Shown here piece after piece: positions 62,919 to 64,000 of a stretch of 64,000 nt of DNA. Made by a program: the position numbers and the translations under genes. Source of the stretch: Spirochaetota bacterium. GTDB taxonomy: Bacteria > Spirochaetota > UBA4802 > UBA5550. The notes under the pieces are model-generated. The model searched no databases and was not told where the DNA came from. It saw nothing but the letters and a program-made list of their open reading frames with translations. Location: assembly GCA_050298055.1 (NCBI GenBank), contig JBNKTL010000021.1:1-64000 (forward strand), written 5' to 3'. Each line of letters starts with the position of its first letter. The first letter of the stretch is position 1.

Positions 62919-63386
62919 ATGAGGACCACAATCACTATTGATACGGAACTGCTTGAAAAACTGGAAGAGGCCGCGGGTTCACTCCGTCTGTCAAATAATG
63001 AACTGATTTCACTTCTCCTTGCGCGAATTATCAGAAAAGATGAGTTTGAATCCCGGCCCTATGAGAGAGTTACGTACCAGAAGTGGGGTAAGGATTTTAT
63101 TATCCTGGAAAAAGAGCATATTAACATAGATTCTGTTTTTTATGAGAAGTATCTGGATTTAAGAAGGAATTTTAAGTTTTCTGTTTCTTGGTTTATTGCT
63201 TTTGCCATCAGGAATTATCTTGATGAACTTGTTTATGATTTGAGTAATCCGCGTGATACTAAAAAAATCCTGGATAACTATGAAAGAAATTTTGTATATA
63301 TTACACGCATGCATGATAATGTTCATGTTTTTATTTCAATTCTAGGATTTCCGGACCAAAAAACCCTGGAAAGACTCATGCTCTAG
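62919..63386 (+). CDS. Ribbon-helix-helix / DUF1564-like putative DNA-binding protein
   Basis: GGAGGT RBS; MRTTITID RHH-type strand; YQ...YLDLR...SVS motif. Confidence 0.65.
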   Translation: MRTTITIDTELLEKLEEAAGSLRLSNNELISLLLARIIRKDEFESRPYERVTYQKWGKDFIILEKEHINIDSVFYEKYLDLRRNFKFSVSWFIAFAIRNYLDELVYDLSNPRDTKKILDNYERNFVYITRMHDNVHVFISILGFPDQKTLERLML

Positions 63387-63486
63387 CCAAAAAACAATAA
63401 AAACCCCCTCAACACAACCACCGGGCTTTACCCGGAAGTTCAGTCACGCCCAGTCAATTATAAGATTATTCGGAAAAAGCAGAACA

Positions 63487-63723
63487 TTAAAACCTGATAT
63501 CACATTCACCATAGACAAGCCTGATATGGTCGATCTCGATAAGTATGGCGTTACAGATAGTTTCCGGGTCGGTTATTCCTTCGCTTACCATCTCCATGGT
63601 CTTCCTCACCGTGGTCTCCACGATCTTCTGCACGGAAAACCGGTACCTCTTCAGCTTTGTCTCAGGCACCATTTTCCGGACCTGGTCGATCCGGTGTTCG
63701 GTAAAATCATATATTTCAGTCAT
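63487..63723 (-). CDS. Small hypothetical protein
   Basis: GGGGA RBS before ATG 63723; 78 aa. Confidence 0.55.
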   Translation of the reverse strand: MTEIYDFTEHRIDQVRKMVPETKLKRYRFSVQKIVETTVRKTMEMVSEGITDPETICNAILIEIDHIRLVYGECDIRF

Positions 63724-63827
63724 GGTTTTGTCCCCAGGTAAAAGGATACTGAGGGTGTGTAGGGTTTTCAAAAAGTTGTGGGGATTTTGGGTACTCACTA
63801 AAAAACTATCATTTTACAGTTTATTAC

Positions 63828-63874
63828 TTGACTAAGCGGTCATATGACTATACTTTATATGTCATATGACCGCT
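63828..63874 (+). promoter_or_regulatory. Promoter overlapped by a double palindromic operator
   Basis: TTGACT -35; 14-bp inverted repeat AGCGGTCATATGAC-N12-GTCATATGACCGCT. Confidence 0.7.
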
Positions 63875-63887
63875 AGGAGAAAAGACC

Positions 63888-64000
63888 ATGTCGATGAATC
63901 ATGATGCAATGATGTTTAACTATGCTTATTTACATGAAATGTATAAAATTCCCGAATCAATGATTAAAAAAATTCATAATGATATTGAGCTTATTGAAGT
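63888..64000 (+). CDS. 5' part of a gene running off the window (MSMNHDAMMFNYAYLHEMYKIPE...)
   Basis: AGGAG RBS; open to the window end. Confidence 0.7.
   Translation, partial: MSMNHDAMMFNYAYLHEMYKIPESMIKKIHNDIELIE

Overview
64-kb bacterial chromosomal window, most likely from a Leptospira-related spirochaete. This is inferred from DUF1577-like PilZ, LipL45/FecR-like and DUF1564-like proteins and was not verified by search. Core genes: tsaE-tsaB, der, tRNA-Ser(GGA)-dnaX-ybaB-recR, queH, tyrS-ECF sigma-anti-sigma, hrcA-grpE-dnaK-dnaJ with a perfect CIRCE, ino1, a PerR-like regulator with katG, a THUMP methyltransferase and two radical SAM genes. Accessory patches: a toxin-antitoxin hotspot (14-16 kb), a five-gene cell-envelope operon (19.8-26.2 kb), and a mosaic island (41-55.7 kb) with an LRR-Roc-COR protein, GH13, WD40-caspase, a TPR protein and a broken PAS kinase. 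The intergenic DNA is full of small palindromic elements without any cognate transposase in the window. The main one is a co-oriented family bounded by GTAACTACTCAG...CTGAGTAGTTAC-like ends with interchangeable interiors. Best leads: (1) the envelope operon, whose FecR lipoprotein and two beta-barrel proteins share one small beta-module; (2) the modular palindromic element family; (3) an A9 slippage site in dnaX; (4) an orphan RpnS-like mini-gene beside an amber-interrupted ParE; (5) a pseudo-PP2C receptor; (6) a membrane-anchored Roco. No CRISPR array, rRNA, integrase or intact transposase was seen.
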